A stretch of 64,000 nt of DNA from an uncultured Gammaproteobacteria bacterium (GTDB lineage Bacteria; Patescibacteriota; Microgenomatia; UBA8517): positions 226,173-290,172 of the forward strand of contig CAYRUS010000001.1 of assembly GCA_964427735.1 (NCBI GenBank), given 5' to 3'. Each line of letters starts with the position of its first letter. The first letter of the stretch is position 1. The notes under the pieces were generated by a model that did no database searches, had not been told where the DNA came from, and was given only the letters and a program-made list of their open reading frames with translations. Both the position numbers and the translations under genes were made by a program. This document shows, piece after piece, positions 45,494 through 56,014 of this stretch.

Positions 45494-46585
45494 TTAATTC
45501 AAAGTCAACTCAGCTTCAATAAATTCATTTATATTACCATCTAAAACCGCATCAGTATTAGAGGTTTCCACATCTGTTCTCAAATCTTTGACCATTTTGT
45601 AAGGATGCAAAACATATGACCTTATTTGTGTCCCCCATGAGGCAGGCTTGTAATCTCCCTTAAGTTTGTCTATTCGCTTTTCTGCCATTTCTTTTTCTAT
45701 TGCCCACAACTTAGCCCTGAGAAGGTTAAGGGCTGCCTTCCTGTTTTGTTCTTGCTGCCTTTGAGTTTGAGCCGTTACTACTATCCCTGTTGGATTGTGA
45801 ATAAGCCTTACTGCAGTTGATACCTTGTTTACGTTTTGACCACCATGTCCACCAGCTCTAAAAAACTGCCATTCTATTTCATCATCATTAATTACGATGT
45901 CTGACTCGTCTGAGTCTTCCAGTTCAGGATAAACCTCAACCATGGCAAATGAGGTTTGCCGTAGTTTATCTGCATTAAAGGGTGACTGTCTAACAAGTCT
46001 ATGTGTCCCTGCTTCTCCTTTTAAATATCCATACGCATATTTCCCTTCGACTCGCAAAGTAACACTTTTTATTCCAGCCTCATCCCCTTCGGACATATCA
46101 ACAACCTCTGTCTTCCAGCCTCTTTTTTCTGCAAATCTGATGTACATTCTATAAAGCATGCTTGCCCAATCCATAGCTTCTGTTCCACCTTGCCCTGCAT
46201 GAATAGAAACAATTGCATTATTTGCGTCATACTGACCGGACAAAAAGGACTCAAGCTCAAATTCCTTTAATTTTTTTTCAGCACTTGCTATATCACTTTC
46301 AAGATCTTCTGTAACATCACCTGAATCAGCAAGCTCTTTTAGGGTGGTAATTGTCTCTTTTAATTCTTCTACTTCGTTTAGCTCACTTCTAATATCTCCT
46401 ATTTCCTGCATTACTCCACGAGCCTTGTCTTGATCCTCCCAAAAATCAGGATCTGTAGATTCTGCCTCTAATCTATGAAGTTTATCTTTTTTGCTCTCAA
46501 TATCCAATGAATCATTAATACCCGTAAACCTATTATATAGATCATCAATCCTTTGTTTTAATTCGTACATGAGGAAAGTATACAA
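45494..46585 (-). CDS. prfB: peptide chain release factor 2
   Basis: SPF tripeptide (VRQSPF) is specific to RF2. GGQ in [11 protein letters not shown]. 363 aa in one frame with no programmed +1 frameshift site. Confidence 0.9.
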   Translation of the reverse strand: MYTFLMYELKQRIDDLYNRFTGINDSLDIESKKDKLHRLEAESTDPDFWEDQDKARGVMQEIGDIRSELNEVEELKETITTLKELADSGDVTEDLESDIASAEKKLKEFELESFLSGQYDANNAIVSIHAGQGGTEAMDWASMLYRMYIRFAEKRGWKTEVVDMSEGDEAGIKSVTLRVEGKYAYGYLKGEAGTHRLVRQSPFNADKLRQTSFAMVEVYPELEDSDESDIVINDDEIEWQFFRAGGHGGQNVNKVSTAVRLIHNPTGIVVTAQTQRQQEQNRKAALNLLRAKLWAIEKEMAEKRIDKLKGDYKPASWGTQIRSYVLHPYKMVKDLRTDVETSNTDAVLDGNINEFIEAELTLN

Positions 46586-46624
46586 TAAATACCATAATTT
46601 TAGCTTATATCCTGGCTATTAATT

Positions 46625-47122
46625 TCAGGGTGCACAAAAATTATTAAATACTTCTTCTTTTTGGTCTGCAGGAAGCTCGTGAATAAGCTGCAAAACTTGT
46701 GTGGATGATTTTGCTTCACTTGCTTCAGAGGAGGGAACGGTAGAAACTGAAGCTCCTAAAACATCAACCAATCTAACCCTTCCTGCATCCAAAACAGTTG
46801 AAATTGGTTTTGGAGCATTTTCCCAACCAATTAATTCTGTAAATAATGTTCTCCCTCCCAATAAAAGCAGCGCCTCCAACACAATAGCTAATACAAACCC
46901 TAACATTACAAGACCGCTAGCTCCTCTTAAAGACTCACTAACATGTTTTTTCCTAAGACGTGCTACAACAAGTACAACCATAAAAATCATAAGAATGACT
47001 AAAATTACCTGGATATAATTTGGTGTAATTTCTATTCCATTTGGCAACTTAAAAGTCCACACTGGAGATAATGCTTTTTGAGCAGGATCAGAGGTCAACA
47101 CTTTTTCAGCAGTATCATTCAT
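46625..47122 (-). CDS. hypothetical membrane protein
   Basis: 165 aa. Two TM helices flanked by soluble tails. Confidence 0.4.
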   Translation of the reverse strand: MNDTAEKVLTSDPAQKALSPVWTFKLPNGIEITPNYIQVILVILMIFMVVLVVARLRKKHVSESLRGASGLVMLGFVLAIVLEALLLLGGRTLFTELIGWENAPKPISTVLDAGRVRLVDVLGASVSTVPSSEASEAKSSTQVLQLIHELPADQKEEVFNNFCAP

Positions 47123-47175
47123 TTATACATTGATTGTAGCATTATTACTAGCAATGTTGATAAATATTGGAGTAT

Positions 47176-47775
47176 TTATTCTTCAGGAGTCGCTGTAGGG
47201 GTAGGACTAGTAGTTCTGCTTGTTGGTGCAGGAGTATTTGTTGATGATGGTTGAGCAGTTTGACCAGTTCGTAACCCTGTTATAATTCTCACATCAAAGT
47301 CATCGGGGGCATCTTCAGTTACTTCTACTTCATTATATAAGCTTTCCAGTTTAGCTACTAATTCTTCTCTAGCATCGCTTTGAGCGAATTCACTGGACAT
47401 AAAAAGTTGAGTTGTTTCTTGATCTTGTTCATCAGCATTCCCTACTTCTATGTCTGTGTATCCTAATTCTTCGAGTTCCTTTTGTAAAAATCCAGCTTCA
47501 CCCGCAATTCCACTTCCATTTAGAACCTCAATAGTGACATCTTCTTTATTTATAGAAATAACTTCTGGAGTAGAAGTAGGAGCGGGCGTTTCCATAGAAA
47601 TTGACGGAGTTGGGCTAGATTCGGCAGATCCTTCAGGAGACTGAAGCAAATAATATGCACCACCTGCTAAAGCAAGTAGCAATACTAGAACAACAACAAT
47701 AATTAGAACTTTTTTGCCCTTATTACTATTATTTGGTTGAGTTCCTACTGGGGGTTGATTTGCTTGATTTTCCAT
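47176..47775 (-). CDS. membrane-anchored LytR_C-domain protein
   Basis: N-terminal TM helix and Pro/Thr/Ser linker, then VTIEVLNGSGIAGEAGFLQKELEELGY matching the LytR C-terminal domain pattern. Confidence 0.55.
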   Translation of the reverse strand: MENQANQPPVGTQPNNSNKGKKVLIIVVVLVLLLALAGGAYYLLQSPEGSAESSPTPSISMETPAPTSTPEVISINKEDVTIEVLNGSGIAGEAGFLQKELEELGYTDIEVGNADEQDQETTQLFMSSEFAQSDAREELVAKLESLYNEVEVTEDAPDDFDVRIITGLRTGQTAQPSSTNTPAPTSRTTSPTPTATPEE

Positions 47776-47851
47776 ACCTGTTATTTTGCCGCAGTATAAA
47801 ACTATTAAATTTACTTGTCAAACTCAACTGTTATTAAAAATATCTATGTAA

Positions 47852-48346
47852 TTACTGAATCTCTAGTAATTCTATCTCAAAATTTAGTGTGGCATTTGGT
47901 GGTATCACTCCACCAACCCCTGAAGGTCCGTAAGCTAACTCAGGAGGTATAGTGAGTACTCTTTTCCCTCCAACTTTCATTCCTAATAAACCTTGCTCCC
48001 AACCTTGAATTACTCTACCTTCTCCAACTGTAAACACAAAAGGCTCTCCTCTCTCGTAGGAACTATCAAAAACAGTATCATCTTCAAGAGTACCTTTGTA
48101 GTGAACAACAACCGTGTCTCCTGTTTCAACTTTATCTCCTTCTCCTATTTCCAGGTCTTCTATTTTTAATTCGTTATCTTGTTCTTGATTGTTTTGATTT
48201 TGCATTTGTTCATCCTCAACAGTTATCTCAATTGGTGTATCTGTTGCAGGTGGTGATTGTACATTATTATCTCTTGTTATGAGAAATGCAATAAGAACTA
48301 TAAAGGCTACCGCTAAAATCGTTAGTGTTTTAAAGTCTTTTATCAT
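47852..48346 (-). CDS. FKBP-type peptidyl-prolyl cis-trans isomerase, membrane anchored
   Basis: N-terminal TM helix. C-terminal VVVHYKGTLEDDTVFDSSYERGEPFVFTVGEGRVIQGWEQGLLGMKVGGKRVLTIPPELAYG is a canonical FKBP domain. Confidence 0.85.
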   Translation of the reverse strand: MIKDFKTLTILAVAFIVLIAFLITRDNNVQSPPATDTPIEITVEDEQMQNQNNQEQDNELKIEDLEIGEGDKVETGDTVVVHYKGTLEDDTVFDSSYERGEPFVFTVGEGRVIQGWEQGLLGMKVGGKRVLTIPPELAYGPSGVGGVIPPNATLNFEIELLEIQ

Positions 48347-48484
48347 TATTAACTAATAGATTATCATAAATTTTTGACAGATTGAATTAGCATTAAATAG
48401 TGCTATTATTGATTAAAGGCTAACACCTTCAAACTGCTCACACATTGGCGATTGTTAATGGTCTGACTAGTAAAGTAAGGTACT

Positions 48485-49654
48485 ATGAAGCAGCTTGAAA
48501 AAATATATAATTCCACTCTTAAATTCCTTGTCCCTAAATCTCCGGATGAAACCTACATGATTGTAACTAAAGAGGCTGTAAAACTAGTAGGTGCAAAAGA
48601 TGGATCAATTTTTTTACCCAAATTAGGAAACTCTAATGAAGTCGAGAGAATTTACACAACAAATAAAGATTTATACAAAATTAAGGTTAGAAAAGATGGT
48701 GTTACAAACACAGCCTACAAATCAGGTGTTCCCAAAATGCTACAAGTTCAAGAATTAACTAATAACCATCCACAACTAAAAAAATTAGGTTACAGCTCAG
48801 ATATAACAATACCTCTTACCTACTCGCATATTACAATTGGAGTACTATCAGTCTTAAGTGGAAAAAATAAGAATTTTACAGAAGAAGAGTTAGACATACT
48901 TAGATACTTTACTCCTCTTGCCACTTTAGCCATAAGAAATTCTCATTTAACAAATGAACTTCAAAACGCAATCAATCTAAGAGATTTATTTATATCAATG
49001 GCGGCACATGAGTTTAAGAATCCTTTAAGTGTGATTTCTCTTGCAACACAAGTTATAGACAAAAGAATGGAAAAAGGAGAAGCCCCTAGAGAAAACGATA
49101 TTGTAATGCTTAGAGATAACGTTGAAAAACTTACTGCAATGATCGACGAACTAATGAATGTTTCTCATATAAAACAAGGCAAATTAAGATATGATATGGA
49201 AAAAATTAACTTAGTAGATCTCCTAAAAGATACTGTAAATGAATTCAGAAAAACCAACACTCAACATAAGATTTCTCTGAAAAAACAGATTTCTAACAAA
49301 TCATATGTAATGGCAGATAAAAACAAGTTATTTCAAGCAATTATAAATATCTTAAATAATGCAGCTAAATTTTCACCAGAAGGTTCAGCTGTAAAATGCG
49401 AGGTTGTAGAGAAAGATGGTAATTTCTATGTCAGAATAAAAGATCAAGGAGAAGGTATTCCAGAAAAAGAATTGCCTCGTATTTTTGAGCATTTTTACAG
49501 AGGAGAATCTGTGAGAAAAACTAAGTCTGGTATGGGGATTGGACTTTTCTTGGTAAAAAGCATTATCGATCATCATCAAGGAGAAATCTCCATTAAATCA
49601 AAAGTGAATAAAGGAACTACAGTAACGATTGTTTTGCCACAGTACACTTCATAA
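48485..49654 (+). CDS. cytoplasmic sensor histidine kinase with an N-terminal GAF-like domain
   Basis: H-box MAAHEFKNPLSVI, N-box NILNNAAKFS, G-boxes DQGEGIPEKE and GMGIGLFLVKSII. No TM segment. No receiver-domain gene is adjacent. Confidence 0.8.
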   Translation: MKQLEKIYNSTLKFLVPKSPDETYMIVTKEAVKLVGAKDGSIFLPKLGNSNEVERIYTTNKDLYKIKVRKDGVTNTAYKSGVPKMLQVQELTNNHPQLKKLGYSSDITIPLTYSHITIGVLSVLSGKNKNFTEEELDILRYFTPLATLAIRNSHLTNELQNAINLRDLFISMAAHEFKNPLSVISLATQVIDKRMEKGEAPRENDIVMLRDNVEKLTAMIDELMNVSHIKQGKLRYDMEKINLVDLLKDTVNEFRKTNTQHKISLKKQISNKSYVMADKNKLFQAIINILNNAAKFSPEGSAVKCEVVEKDGNFYVRIKDQGEGIPEKELPRIFEHFYRGESVRKTKSGMGIGLFLVKSIIDHHQGEISIKSKVNKGTTVTIVLPQYTS

Positions 49655-49712
49655 TTTGCAATCTTGGCTTTATTTAATTAAAAAATAAGCTAACATATTT
49701 ATTAATACATTA

Positions 49713-51068
49713 ATGAAGGAAGCTAGTAATCAGCAGACAATTCTTGAGTATCTTCTGTTTCATTCCTTAGAGGAAGCTAAACCCGCCTCATCTATATGCA
49801 GCTTTAACTCTCTAGGAACAATGGTCCAAGAATTTATTGAAAGTGCGAAAAATAATGATAATAAAGCTCCTCATATTTTTGCCTCTACAGGCAATGTACT
49901 TTCCGGAAAAACAGAACTAGGAATCAAACGAATTGCTAGATTACTTGAGTTGAATATCGAACGGTCACCAAACTTAAAATCCAATCTCGAAATTATTGTA
50001 TTAAATTGGGATAAAACCGAAGACTCAGCAGCAGAAATTCTAGTAAATGCTAAGAAAGAAAGAAGCGAAGCTAAAAAGGAAATAAGACTTCCCAACTATA
50101 ATCCTGATTTTATTCAATTAGCAGAAAATGTATCAAGAAACTATCCTGCAAAAGTAGAAGAAGAAAATAGGAATATATATGATTTGCTTATTGATAATAT
50201 ACCACAAAGGTATTTTTTTGAGGATAATGTGAGAGTTCCTGACAATGTATGGTTCTTGCGCTCTACTCGTGCTCTTCTTGATGAAATTATTTCTTTTAAC
50301 ATAAGGCTAAAGGATACAAGACAATCCAATATGGTAATGGTAATAGATGTTGTAACAGGTCATGGGGGCAAGTCAAAACGAGATTATGCTGACGGAACTT
50401 TCCTTGATTTATCTAAATCTATAAAATCCTTTGATGGAATTTCAAGGAATGATTATTCGCTATGGATGGTATCTTCAGTTGCTTCTCCTTCAATATATTT
50501 AGGTGCTTTGTATAGACATGCAATGCATCAAAGTATCACTGATAAAAAAAGAGAGCAACTATCCGAGGTTTTTGAAAGACAATTACCTGTAACAGATCAA
50601 GAAAAAGAATACGCAGGCAGTGGAGGAAGTATTCAAATGTCTGAAGAAGCTGACAATGAACTGATATCAAATCTTCTTGCTATGTCACCACGTATTAGAG
50701 AATCATCAAGATTTAGATTAGCTAATGAAATATTAACATTTAATCAACAGGAACTTATCAATTTAGCAAGTCACTTTAACTCTAGGCTTGATTCACTCAA
50801 AAAAGTTGGTACTGATCAAACATTATTAGATTTTATTGATGATGCACTAAAAGTCGGAGATATTTTGTCCATTATAGATCCTGAAGCAACAGAAAAAATG
50901 CTGAAATATGCAGCATCCAGGGTTCTGAGTTTAGCCTACTATGAATATTTGTTAAAAACGATTAATCCACACCAAGTATTTCTTGGAGTAATACGTCCAA
51001 ACATTCCTAATATCCAAAGACTAAAATCCTTTCTTAAAGAAAATAAATATCTTTTTGAAGATTCTTAA
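49713..51068 (+). CDS. hypothetical protein (451 aa), no recognisable domain
   Basis: Long ORF on the same strand, 58 nt after the histidine kinase gene. Not a response regulator (no receiver motifs). Confidence 0.45.
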   Translation: MKEASNQQTILEYLLFHSLEEAKPASSICSFNSLGTMVQEFIESAKNNDNKAPHIFASTGNVLSGKTELGIKRIARLLELNIERSPNLKSNLEIIVLNWDKTEDSAAEILVNAKKERSEAKKEIRLPNYNPDFIQLAENVSRNYPAKVEEENRNIYDLLIDNIPQRYFFEDNVRVPDNVWFLRSTRALLDEIISFNIRLKDTRQSNMVMVIDVVTGHGGKSKRDYADGTFLDLSKSIKSFDGISRNDYSLWMVSSVASPSIYLGALYRHAMHQSITDKKREQLSEVFERQLPVTDQEKEYAGSGGSIQMSEEADNELISNLLAMSPRIRESSRFRLANEILTFNQQELINLASHFNSRLDSLKKVGTDQTLLDFIDDALKVGDILSIIDPEATEKMLKYAASRVLSLAYYEYLLKTINPHQVFLGVIRPNIPNIQRLKSFLKENKYLFEDS

Positions 51069-51098
51069 ATTATACTTCTTGCCATATACAAAACTAAA

Positions 51099-51674
51099 CT
51101 AAGTAATTACTACTGTTAATATCTTAACCAATTGTCCATAAAAATTTCTGATCAGCCATACTAAGTAAATACCCAAAACAGGTAAAATTATATAGCTTTC
51201 TACCCAATTCCCGGTTTTTATGCGTAATTTTTTAAAAGGAGGAAATCCAACATCCAAATTAATAGGAAAAAGCAAAGGAACTCCTTCTTTTGTAAGACAA
51301 TCTGCAATAAGATGAGAAAAATATCCGATCATTATACTTGCAAGAAGTATGTCGGGATTTACAAATTCAGGATTAAAAAAAATAGGTAAAATCCATTGCA
51401 AAAATTTATAAATTAAATACATCCCTAAAAGTGAATGAGTTATTGTTCTGTGTTTATAAAATAATCTTCTCAAGACCTTGCCTACAAAATCTCCGCCAGG
51501 TAAGAATTCCCATAATCTATTTCCAGCTTGATCCAGGTCAGGTATCATGCCACCAACAATATTCCCTATAAGCGAAGCAAAAAGTGTATAAAGGCTTAAA
51601 CTCTCCGGAGGGAATAATACCGCAGAAGTAACTAAAAATGTAAAAGCAAAAGCATCATGAGTTCGGGCAGTCAT
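51099..51674 (-). CDS. membrane-bound metal-dependent hydrolase, YdjM/DUF457-like
   Basis: 191 aa. MTARTHDAF...IPDLD...SHLIAD pattern of His/Asp residues on TM helices, typical of DUF457. Confidence 0.55.
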   Translation of the reverse strand: MTARTHDAFAFTFLVTSAVLFPPESLSLYTLFASLIGNIVGGMIPDLDQAGNRLWEFLPGGDFVGKVLRRLFYKHRTITHSLLGMYLIYKFLQWILPIFFNPEFVNPDILLASIMIGYFSHLIADCLTKEGVPLLFPINLDVGFPPFKKLRIKTGNWVESYIILPVLGIYLVWLIRNFYGQLVKILTVVIT

Positions 51675-51716
51675 AATTTATTTTAACACTTAAATATTAT
51701 ATGCGATTATGCTTAA

Positions 51717-52787
51717 ATGGAGAGACTTTTAGGGTTTCTGCTTTTTAAAAATAAAATGAAAAAAATTTTTAGCCAATATTTAATAACTTTTTTTTCATTT
51801 TTCACTCTTTTATCTTTGCTTATTGACTCCTACAGAAACCCAAATTCTTTTGAAAAATATTTTTATATTGATTCTAAGTTTGTTTTATGGGTTTTTGTTG
51901 TTGTGGCTTTAGTCTATAAAATCAGAAAAATGGAATTTCCAAAATATTTAATTAAATTTAATAACTACTTTTTATTGTTATTTTCTGTGTTTTTTTCTTT
52001 ATTATCTGTAATAAGAATATTATATAGCGAAGCTTATCTATATACACAGACGGGAATATTTCAGCCGAATCTGTTTTATGTTCTTATTGGAAGCACCATC
52101 TTGTTTATCTTGTCAATTAAGAAAGACTGGTTAGTAAATAACTACAAGAGTTTAATCTTTTTTTTACCGTTTTTGATAATGTCATTGCTTATATCAGTAT
52201 GGATATCTCACTTTGAATATTTTAACCAAATTACCAAGGATGACCATATTATCGAATGGGGACAACTCGTAGCCCTGGTTTTGTCTGGAGTCTTATCACT
52301 ATTAATTGCAAATAATATAAGAAAAACCTCAAAATTAGTTTCCGTTTTTTATATCTTTCTCGGAATATTTATGTTATTTGTCGCAGGAGAAGAAATCTCC
52401 TGGGGGCAAAGGATTTTAGGGATTGATACACCAGAAAAAATCACATCTATAAATCTACAAGAAGAATTAACTTTACATAATCTGTATTTCATTGAACCAC
52501 TTGTATGGATTGGATATCTATCATTAAGTCTTTATGGTTTATTTGCTAAATATTTGTTAACTTCTTTCAAATTATTATCTGACACTATCAAAGAGTATCT
52601 TGTTCCGCCATGGTTTACAAAATCATTTTTTCTTTTTTCGACCATTTATTATCTTAACGTAAGTCCATTTGTTCCTGCTCGTATACCTCCGGAATGGTCC
52701 GAGGTCGCCGAATTAATGTTGTTTATGGGCTTATTTTTCTTTGTTAATGAAAATTACATAAGATCAAAAAAGCATAAAAATTATTGA
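51717..52787 (+). CDS. polytopic membrane protein, hypothetical
   Basis: 356 aa with about 10 TM helices. An alternative start lies at ATG 51756. Confidence 0.45.
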   Translation: MERLLGFLLFKNKMKKIFSQYLITFFSFFTLLSLLIDSYRNPNSFEKYFYIDSKFVLWVFVVVALVYKIRKMEFPKYLIKFNNYFLLLFSVFFSLLSVIRILYSEAYLYTQTGIFQPNLFYVLIGSTILFILSIKKDWLVNNYKSLIFFLPFLIMSLLISVWISHFEYFNQITKDDHIIEWGQLVALVLSGVLSLLIANNIRKTSKLVSVFYIFLGIFMLFVAGEEISWGQRILGIDTPEKITSINLQEELTLHNLYFIEPLVWIGYLSLSLYGLFAKYLLTSFKLLSDTIKEYLVPPWFTKSFFLFSTIYYLNVSPFVPARIPPEWSEVAELMLFMGLFFFVNENYIRSKKHKNY

Positions 52788-52790
52788 TAC

Positions 52791-53051
52791 TTGCCACTTC
52801 CCAAAACCAAAAACACTCTGATAAAATCTACCTTTATGATAATTAATGCACAGCAAAAGAGAGATAAAATTAAAGAATTAAAGAGAAAACTCGAAGAGTA
52901 TGAACAAAAATTAGCCCGTGAGATGATTGGTTATAGGGGAGTCGTGCATGAAAGTGCATCTAGTGAAATAAAACACGCAAAAGTTATGGTCTTCAAGGCA
53001 ATGGTTACAGGGCTTCAGGAAGAAATAAAAAAATTAGAACAAGAAAAATAG
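52791..53051 (+). CDS. small hypothetical coiled-coil protein
   Basis: 86-aa ORF, 4 nt after the upstream gene. Charged and helical. Confidence 0.3.
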   Translation: MPLPKTKNTLIKSTFMIINAQQKRDKIKELKRKLEEYEQKLAREMIGYRGVVHESASSEIKHAKVMVFKAMVTGLQEEIKKLEQEK

Positions 53052-53055
53052 TTTA

Positions 53056-55287
53056 TTAGATGTTAACAGCTTTTATTCTTAAAGAGTTTGCAACTACTGA
53101 AATTGAACTAGCTGCCATTGCAAATGCAGCTAGAGCTGGGTTTAACAACAAACCAAAGAATGGATAAAGTACTCCCATTGCAACCGGAATTAAAACAACG
53201 TTATAACCAAATGCCCAGAAAAGATTTTGTTTAATTACTGAAAAAGTCTTCCTACTAAGTTGTAAAGAAGAATTAACACTTCTCAAATCTTTATTTAACA
53301 AAGTAATTGCTGCAGATTCCATTGCCACATCAGTTCCCGTTCCCATAGCAATTCCCACATCAGCTGCAGCAAGTGCTGGAGCATCATTAATTCCGTCACC
53401 AACAAAAGCAACAACCTTATTCTGACCATCTTTAAGTTCTTTAACTTTTTGCGCTTTTTCTCCTGGTAAAACTTCTGCAAATATATTATCAATACCAACT
53501 TTTTTTGCCACAGCTTTAGCGGTTCTGTTGTTGTCACCCGTCATCATCCAGACTTCAATTCCCTTAATTTTTAATGACGACACCATATCTTTGGCAGTTG
53601 GTTTTAGAGTATCTGCAATACCAATAACACCAATCAGTTCTTTATTAGAAGAAAGGAAAACAACTGTTTTCCCTTCTTCCTCAAGTTTTTGCACCATTTT
53701 TTCGTGCTCTTTAATTTCAACTCTTTTCTCTGTCATTAAATTTCTATTGCCTAATGTATATTTTATTTTTCCAATCTTTCCTTCAATTCCTTTACCTGCA
53801 ATTGCTTTAAAATCGATAGCTTTTTTTAGCTTAATCTTTTCATCTTTTGCTTTTGTTAAAATTGCTTCTCCCAATGCATGCTCTGATCCCTGCTCTAAGG
53901 AAGCTGCAATTTGTAAAGCACTCGATTTGTTGGAAAATTCGATTACATCAGTAACAGAAGGTTTACCTCTTGTTAATGTTCCGGTTTTATCAAAAATTGC
54001 CACGCTTACTTTATTTGCAATTTCCAAAGCTTGTGCATCCCTTATTAATATCCCGTGTTCTGCTCCTTTTCCTGTCCCCACCATAATAGCTGTAGGAGTT
54101 GCCAAACCGAGAGCACAAGGACATGCGATCACAAGAACTGCAATCATATTACTAAAAGCTAATCCAAATGCCTCACCAACAGGTCCGAATACATACCAGA
54201 GTACGAAAGTAGCTACTGCTATCATTAAAACCGCTGGTACAAAATATCCTGATACTACATCTGCAAGTCTTTGGATCGGAGCTCTAGAATTCTGTGCTTC
54301 AGATACCATCTTAACAATATTGGCGAGCATAGTGTCTGAACCAATCTTAGTTGCCTCGAATATAAAAGAACCAGTTTTATTAAAAGTGGCACCTATTACC
54401 TGATCCCCTACAACTTTATCTACGGGAATTGATTCACCAGTAACCATAGACTCATCTATTGAACTGGTGCCTTCTTTTATAACTCCGTCAACAGGTACTT
54501 TTTCACCTGGACGTACACGAAGTAAATCTCCTTCTTTAACTTCCTCTATTGGTACATCAATTTCTTCTCCATTTCTAATCACTCTAGCGGTTTTTGCCTG
54601 CAGTTGGAGGAGTTTTTTAATAGCGTCACTAGTGTGCAGTTTTGCTCGAGCTTCAAGATATCTGCCAAGTAAAATTAATGTAATAATAACTGCTCCTGTA
54701 TCTAAGTACATTGCCATTGGTATACCTAAGACATCAAATATTCTAGGGAAAATTATTGCTATGGCAGAAAAAAAGTATGCAGCTGAAGTACCCATTGCAA
54801 TTAAAGTATCCATATTTGCAGTTCTGTTTTTTAGTCCAGACCAGGTTGCTAGATAAAACTCTTTACCTGCCCAAAACTGAACAATAGTAGCCAAATACAG
54901 AAGAAAATATTCATTTGTAAATGAAACCGGAACAAAAGGAAACCATTCTGGAAAGCTTCCTAGCATCAGAACTGTACTTAAAATAATAGAAACTACAACT
55001 TTATTTTTTAGTCTTTTAAGTTCAGTAAGTTTTGTTTCTTCTTTAATCTGATCTGCCGTTTTTACTTCATCTTTTTCAAGGATTATTGCCTCGTATCCTG
55101 CATCCTTTACAGCATTACGAAGTGCATCATTATTTATATTCTCACTAGTAACTACTGTAGCCTGTTCACCTGCATAATTAACTTGAGCTGAAATTACTCC
55201 GTGTGTTCTAGTTAGTTTTCTCTCAATTATATTTGCACAGCTTGCGCAATGCATCCCTACTATTGGAAAAGATTTTTTTTGGTTCAT
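53056..55287 (-). CDS. copA: copper-translocating P1B-type ATPase
   Basis: N-terminal [15 protein letters not shown], transmembrane CPC ([11 protein letters not shown]), phosphorylation site DKTGTLT, and hinge [10 protein letters not shown]. Confidence 0.9.
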   Translation of the reverse strand: MNQKKSFPIVGMHCASCANIIERKLTRTHGVISAQVNYAGEQATVVTSENINNDALRNAVKDAGYEAIILEKDEVKTADQIKEETKLTELKRLKNKVVVSIILSTVLMLGSFPEWFPFVPVSFTNEYFLLYLATIVQFWAGKEFYLATWSGLKNRTANMDTLIAMGTSAAYFFSAIAIIFPRIFDVLGIPMAMYLDTGAVIITLILLGRYLEARAKLHTSDAIKKLLQLQAKTARVIRNGEEIDVPIEEVKEGDLLRVRPGEKVPVDGVIKEGTSSIDESMVTGESIPVDKVVGDQVIGATFNKTGSFIFEATKIGSDTMLANIVKMVSEAQNSRAPIQRLADVVSGYFVPAVLMIAVATFVLWYVFGPVGEAFGLAFSNMIAVLVIACPCALGLATPTAIMVGTGKGAEHGILIRDAQALEIANKVSVAIFDKTGTLTRGKPSVTDVIEFSNKSSALQIAASLEQGSEHALGEAILTKAKDEKIKLKKAIDFKAIAGKGIEGKIGKIKYTLGNRNLMTEKRVEIKEHEKMVQKLEEEGKTVVFLSSNKELIGVIGIADTLKPTAKDMVSSLKIKGIEVWMMTGDNNRTAKAVAKKVGIDNIFAEVLPGEKAQKVKELKDGQNKVVAFVGDGINDAPALAAADVGIAMGTGTDVAMESAAITLLNKDLRSVNSSLQLSRKTFSVIKQNLFWAFGYNVVLIPVAMGVLYPFFGLLLNPALAAFAMAASSISVVANSLRIKAVNI

Positions 55288-55288
55288 A

Positions 55289-55657
55289 TTAATTAACTAA
55301 CAATTTTCCGTGATACATATTCATTCCACACTGGAATCTATACTCCCCTGATTCTTTTGGTTTAATTTCGATAGTAACAGGTTTATTCATTGGCAAATAT
55401 TTCTTAATTTTAAAATCTGGGATTACTATTTCTTCTAAACAACTCGAGGGATCTTTTCTTATAAACGTAAGCTCTACTTTTTCTCCTTTATTAAGTTTAA
55501 TATTTTCAGGTTTATAACCCCCTTCTACAATAATCTCTAAATTTCCATTTCTTTCCGTAGCTTCAGCGAAGGAGGTTTTTTTCCCAAAGAAAAACCAATA
55601 GATAAAAACAATTAGTCCTGATCCAAGAGATATAACAATAATTTTATCAATACCCAT
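55289..55657 (-). CDS. membrane-anchored cupredoxin-like domain protein
   Basis: 122 aa. TM helix, then a beta-rich domain ending with C-x7-C-G-M-x2-H ([10 protein letters not shown]), a putative Cu site. Starts 2 nt after csoR and ends 2 nt before copA. Confidence 0.55.
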   Translation of the reverse strand: MGIDKIIVISLGSGLIVFIYWFFFGKKTSFAEATERNGNLEIIVEGGYKPENIKLNKGEKVELTFIRKDPSSCLEEIVIPDFKIKKYLPMNKPVTIEIKPKESGEYRFQCGMNMYHGKLLVN

Positions 55658-55659
55658 AT

Positions 55660-55932
55660 TTAAAGTTTCTTCATCACTTTCATTACTTCATCAATTACTT
55701 CTATATCATTACCGGCTTTTATGGAGTTAGCCACGCAAGACTCCATATGATTTTTAAGAATTAGATGATCAGCCTTTTTCAAAGCAGATTGTACAGCCAA
55801 AGATTGGTGTACAACGTCAATGCAATATTCACCAGTTTCTAGCATCTTGATTACTTTCTCTAAATGACCTTTTGCGATCTTTAATCTATGCATTGCCTTC
55901 TTTTGATTTAGTTCAAATTTTCTATTGTCCAT
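55660..55932 (-). CDS. csoR: CsoR/RcnR-family metal-sensing transcriptional repressor
   Basis: 90 aa. YCIDVVHQSLAVQSAL with the conserved Cys, plus the H...C pair of the CsoR family. Confidence 0.75.
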   Translation of the reverse strand: MDNRKFELNQKKAMHRLKIAKGHLEKVIKMLETGEYCIDVVHQSLAVQSALKKADHLILKNHMESCVANSIKAGNDIEVIDEVMKVMKKL

Positions 55933-56014
55933 TATTCCTATTGACTTATCCCCTAGGGGGGGATATATAATTCTATTATCGACTATTGCTATTTGTCAAG
56001 TTAAAATACAAAAA

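Noticed and set aside
45494-46585. Programmed +1 frameshift in prfB
   Set aside because: I looked for the CUU-UGA recoding site near codon 25. The ORF is continuous from its ATG and no frameshift is needed.
53528-54856. 291-aa and 129-aa plus-strand ORFs
   Set aside because: Both lie antisense inside copA, which carries every P-type ATPase motif. The composition is Ser/Ile-rich with no motifs.
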